Positions 59,850 to 64,000 of a stretch of 64,000 nucleotides of DNA are shown piece after piece. Source of the stretch: Okamejei kenojei (taxonomy: Eukaryota); the NCBI GenBank assembly GCA_035221665.1, contig CM069156.1, positions 17,794,001 through 17,858,000 of the forward strand, in the 5' to 3' direction. The stretch's first letter is position 1. Every line of letters starts with the position of its first letter. The position numbers and the translations under genes are program-made. Under the pieces are notes generated by a model. The model saw only the letters and a program-made list of their open reading frames with translations. It ran no database searches and was not told where the DNA came from.

Positions 59850-60860
59850 CAAATTCACTTGCACTATCTCTGACGTCTCTCTACCCTTTCTTGATCTCTC
59901 TCTGTCACCATCACAGGGACAGACTGTTGACTAACATCCACTACAAAGCCATAGACTCCCATAGTCATCTGGACTACATCACCTCCCACCCTGCCTCTTG
60001 CAAAGACGCCATCCCCTACTCTCAATTTCTCTGTCTCTGCCACATTTGCTCCCAAGATGAGACTTTCCATTCTAGGGAATTTGAAATGTCTGCTTTCTTT
60101 AGTAAACATGGTTTCCCCTATGCGGTCACTGATGGATCCCTCACCCACATCTCCACTGCGTCCCATAGTTCTGCTTTCACTGCCCCTCCCCCTCAGTTGG
60201 AACCAGGATCGAGTTCCTCTTGTCCTCATCTTTCACCCCACAAGAGACCAAACGTTGACACAGCGAATGTTTTGCCGAACACTTGCACTCGGCATGCCAA
60301 GGCCTGCTGGATCTCCCACTTGCTAATCCTTTTATCTCCCCATCCCATTCCCATATTGACTTTCCTGTCCTGGGCCACCTCCATTACCATACCTAGGCAC
60401 ACACAAACTGGAGGATCAGCATTTGGGTATTACACTTGGGTAGCTTACAACCCAATGACATGAATTCTCCAAAATTTAGATCATGAACCTACAACGCCTC
60501 TTCCCTGTGAGCCTCTGGAGATGCACTTATTTCTCCACACTCCTTCCACCTATATTCCTTTTTCTGGCTTCACAATTTACACAACTTCTATCCTTATTTC
60601 ACATATCTTTGTCTTTTCATCTCGGGCCTTTGTCCAACCATCTGTCTATCAACCTCCATCCCTCACTTGTATCCAGATATGGTCTCCCTTGCCAGACTTT
60701 GTCCTGTCCCTCCTCTCTTTCGACTTGCTCCAACCCCCCCCCCCCCCCCCCAACCCTCCAGTCTCCCCAACCATTGAAGAAGGGTCCCGACCTAAAACAT
60801 CAGCTATGCATGCTCTCCAGAAATGCTGCCTGACCCATTGAGTTACTCAGCACTATTTTT
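59850..60860 (+). mobile_element. Penelope-like element: RT C-terminus, GIY-YIG end and degenerate pLTR
   Basis: DRLLTNIHYKAIDSHSHLDYITSHPASCKDAIPYSQFLCLCHICSQDETFHSR..FFSKHGFP is a Penelope RT thumb signature. Degenerate hammerhead at about 60775-60800. Confidence 0.9.
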
Positions 60861-60949
60861 TTTTTTGCTGGAAGGTTAGGTTAGGCTGGGTACCTCTTTA
60901 GCTATTGCAGATATAATGGTCCCCACAGCCACCTCCTGTATCAGTTTTC

Positions 60950-61075
60950 AGTTTAGTTTACCGTCATGTGTACTGAGGTACAGTGAAAAGCTTTTGTTGC
61001 GTGCTATCCAGTCAGCAGAAAGAGAATACATGGTTACAGTCGAGCCATTTCCAGAATAAGGGTAAAGCCAGCAAA
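60950..61075 (-). mobile_element. Rex1/Babar-like 3' tail
   Basis: gtttagttta..tgtgtactgaggtacagtgaaaagcttttgttgcgtgctatccagtcagc. Confidence 0.75.
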
Positions 61076-61229
61076 GATTTTCTGCATCTACGCATATGGA
61101 GCAATGACGATAGAAAACCTTTGAAGGTCAAAATGTGTATCTCGGCAAATTACAAAACACTGACACAGAAAATGGTAGAGTGGATATACAATGGGTATTA
61201 ACTTAATTTTCTCTGCTTTCTGGCCCTAG

Positions 61230-62147
61230 CTTACAACGGTGGCTGAAAAGTCCAGGATCGCACAGCTTGAAGATGAACTGAGTTTAAGGAAATGTGAGAT
61301 TGAGGAACTGCAACAGAGACTGAGAAGCCCAAGCTCCTCGGGCACGGCTGAGCACAGTCCCTACAACCTACAGTCGGAGGCCCTCAAGCTGCGCGAACAA
61401 CTATTATCGGTCAACAAGGAGCACCAGACAGAGAACGTCTTGCTGAGGGAAACGTACGAGGCCAGATTGCGGGAGAGCCAGCAAGAATTGGAGAAGTTGA
61501 AGGCCAGCGATGAAAAATACGCCCATGATGTTGGCGAGCTCCGGCAGAAACTCCACCAAGCAACCAGGGAGAACATGGAGATGATGGACAATTGGAAGAA
61601 CAAGCTGGACACGTTGGTGTCTGACCACCAGAAATCTCTTGAGGAACTCAAGGTTTCATTAATGTCAGGCACTGATGTGCAGAACAGTGAGCTGGTGGAG
61701 CTGAGGGCCACCATGGAAAGCCTAAAGATGGAGCGACAGCTGGAGTGGGAGAACCTAAAGGCCAAGCATGAAATTGAGATGGCGCTGCACATAAAGGAGA
61801 AGGAGGACTTCAGAGTCAAGCTGCAAGAAGCCAAATGTGATCTGGACGAATGCAATTCCAACTGGCGAAACAAGTTGGAGACAACAGCAAGCCAATACCG
61901 GCAAGAACTCCAGACAGCCGTTGACCAGCTCCGTAATGCAGAGCTAAGGCTCGGTGAGCAGGAGAAACTTCAGCTTGGGTATAAGGACCAAGCACAGGCC
62001 ATCAGCTTCTTAAAAGAGCAGATTTTCATGGCCGAGAGGAAAATGATGGACTATGAGGCCCTCCAGAAGTCTGAGATCAAACACAAGCAAGAATATAAAA
62101 TCCTACAGGAGAAGCTGCAAGCAATGGAGGCTCGGCACTCTTCCGAA
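61230..62147 (+). CDS. CLIP2: CLIP2 exon 10 equivalent: large coiled-coil exon
   Basis: ccctag|CTT ACA ACG GTG GCT GAA AAG (LTTVAEKSR) through ENMEMMDNWKNKLDTLVSDHQKSLEELK and QAQAISFLKEQI to GAA|gtatga. 918 nt. The 3' boundary is less certain than the 5' one. Confidence 0.93.
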
Positions 62148-64000
62148 GTATGAGAATAAATCCAAAAAAAAACATTAAATATATCTTTGGTCTGTTTGTG
62201 GTAGGAGCAATCATGTTAGACCTATTGAGCTCTAATTAAAATCAAATTGGAATATATTAAAGATAAGTTAACGAAGGATTTAATGATATCCAAGCTTTAA
62301 GCATATTAAAATAATAGATGTCAGAATTTGAACAATTAAATATTATATGATGTCTGTACATTGGTTTGAAGTTGTGATAAATGGTAAGAGAGGAAAATGT
62401 GTTGCACACATGAAATGTAATTTGAAGTTTCATTGATATTTGGCACAATTACCACACACATTTGGTGCTTCACAGATGGAAGTTTAAAGAGTCCAGCTGT
62501 ACCACAAGAAGGTTTTAGACAAGGAGTAGCGTAACAACAGTTTGACCCTTGCTCTGTGAGAGTTGGCTGTTTACTGGATAATGCTTGGGTGGGCCTGTTT
62601 GAAGGAGGAGTAAATGACTGGAGTTTCTATTCCAGTCACGACTCAGTGACAGGGGAGTTCTGCATCAACAACAGATATTTAAACACCAGACAGAAAACTC
62701 TGAAAATGTGTGCTGGAGTGAAAGGCAGTGCCAAGAGGAAGGGAAGGAAAATGAATGAGAACGCTAACTACATATGTTTCTTTAAAGGTGGGGAAATAAT
62801 GGACTCCTAGATAACTGAAGAAACTTGCTCTGGTTCTGATCTCCACTCTATTTCTAGCTGTCGGCCACAGTAATTGGGAAGAAGGTGCTACAGTATGTTG
62901 ATTTAATGCCTGTAGCACATCATTACTTTTGGGATACCGAAAACTCCTTTAAACATATAGGATCATTTCCACCTAACTGATAGATGGTCCTGTGGATTAA
63001 TCCCTGGCCTGACATTTATTGGAACCTGGGTCACTTCTGTCTGCGATAGTTGCAAAAAGCTTTACCACACCACAAGGCTGGGTATATTCTTAAGGTAGCA
63101 AAACCACCACATCGCCACCGGTCGCCAAAATCCCTGGCCTCATCAGGCCCGGAGCTTCATTGGGAATTGGTGAGCTGCATCTGATTGCGCGCCTGTAGTG
63201 CACCATATCACCAGGTCAATCAATTTGCAACTGTAGCTGTGCTTTTGCCTCAGCTGTGGTTCACCAGTCCAATTGCCCAAACGTCAAGAATGAACCTCTT
63301 TGCTGTCCCTCAATACACCGGTCATGCCCATGCAGATTGTCTGTTTAAATCTGCAGCGGGCCTGAACGTAGCACCTTCAGTGGCAAAAGTGCGACCACTC
63401 CCCCCAGGCTGTTGGGCAACAGCAATTGGATTGAAGAATTCACCATAGCATCATTCTGGGAGTTCTCTCTGCTGAAAACAGGAAGATTTTGAACGATTTG
63501 TGACCAAAAGGATTTTGGTATTGGTGGCACTGGCATGCACTCCACTCACTCGTCTGCCTGTGCCATCCAGTCATTCTGAAAGCTGCTTTGCTAACAAGGC
63601 ACCGTCAGAAACACTGCATAGATTCTGAGGTAAACACAGTGGCTAACCATTGTCTTCATTTAACTGACTAGGCATTGGGTGCCCATAGTACTGCTGTTGA
63701 ACTCTTCTACTTCCTTCGAACCCTGTTGCAGGTCACCACAGAATTTTTGCTACTTCGTACAGTTAGGCTATAACTCCGTGCCTGTGGTTGATAAATTAGC
63801 AACTGCCCTGAATTAAGGTCATTTCAAGCTGGCATGAAATGGGGGATCGATAGGAGCCCCTAGGCTACAACACAGCATGTATGCCAAGTGTCACCGGGCT
63901 TTGACACGGAGGGGGGGTGGGGGGGTTACGTCACTGGCCATCCACTATCCATGGACAATCCTTGAACTGTCTCTAAAACAGATCATTTCGAGGCTGTCCA

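Noticed and set aside
59831-60463. 210-aa ORF as a host gene or active RT
   Set aside because: It is a decayed Penelope fragment with frameshifts and an internal deletion, and it lacks the RT catalytic core.
61361-61873. 170-aa antisense ORF
   Set aside because: It is the shadow frame of the CLIP2 coiled-coil exon, with no independent coding signal.
25908-62147. Assignment of the gene as CLIP1 (CLIP-170)
   Set aside because: Diagnostic peptides ([68 protein letters not shown]) match CLIP2 as I recall it. Only exon 9 is CLIP1-like.
1-64000. CRISPR arrays, operons or prokaryotic defence systems
   Set aside because: This is a spliced vertebrate locus with no regularly spaced repeat-spacer array. 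The recurring motifs are dispersed retroelement copies.

Overview
This is vertebrate nuclear DNA, not prokaryotic. The repeat content suggests a cartilaginous fish, probably a skate or ray (inference). Eight internal coding exons of CLIP2 (CLIP-115; two CAP-Gly domains plus coiled coil) lie on the + strand between 25908 and 62147. They total 2273 nt and splice in frame with canonical GT-AG sites. I could not find the canonical first coding exon or the 3' exons, so the gene probably extends past both window edges. The introns are dense with tRNA-headed V-SINE/HE1-like SINEs and with CR1, Rex1/Babar, L1/Tx1, L2 and Penelope-like retroelement fragments. The most striking signal is a family of short (about 130-340 bp) Penelope pLTR-derived insertions. 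They carry a minimal hammerhead-ribozyme motif, often have 9-14 bp target-site duplications, and several fold back into hairpins at the ribozyme. Other candidates are an in-frame alternative first exon with a GC donor, an intronic polyadenylation site fused to the exon 10 donor, and a CLIP1-like 35-aa cassette exon. Exon numbers and protein comparisons come from my memory of human CLIP1/CLIP2, and repeat boundaries are approximate.
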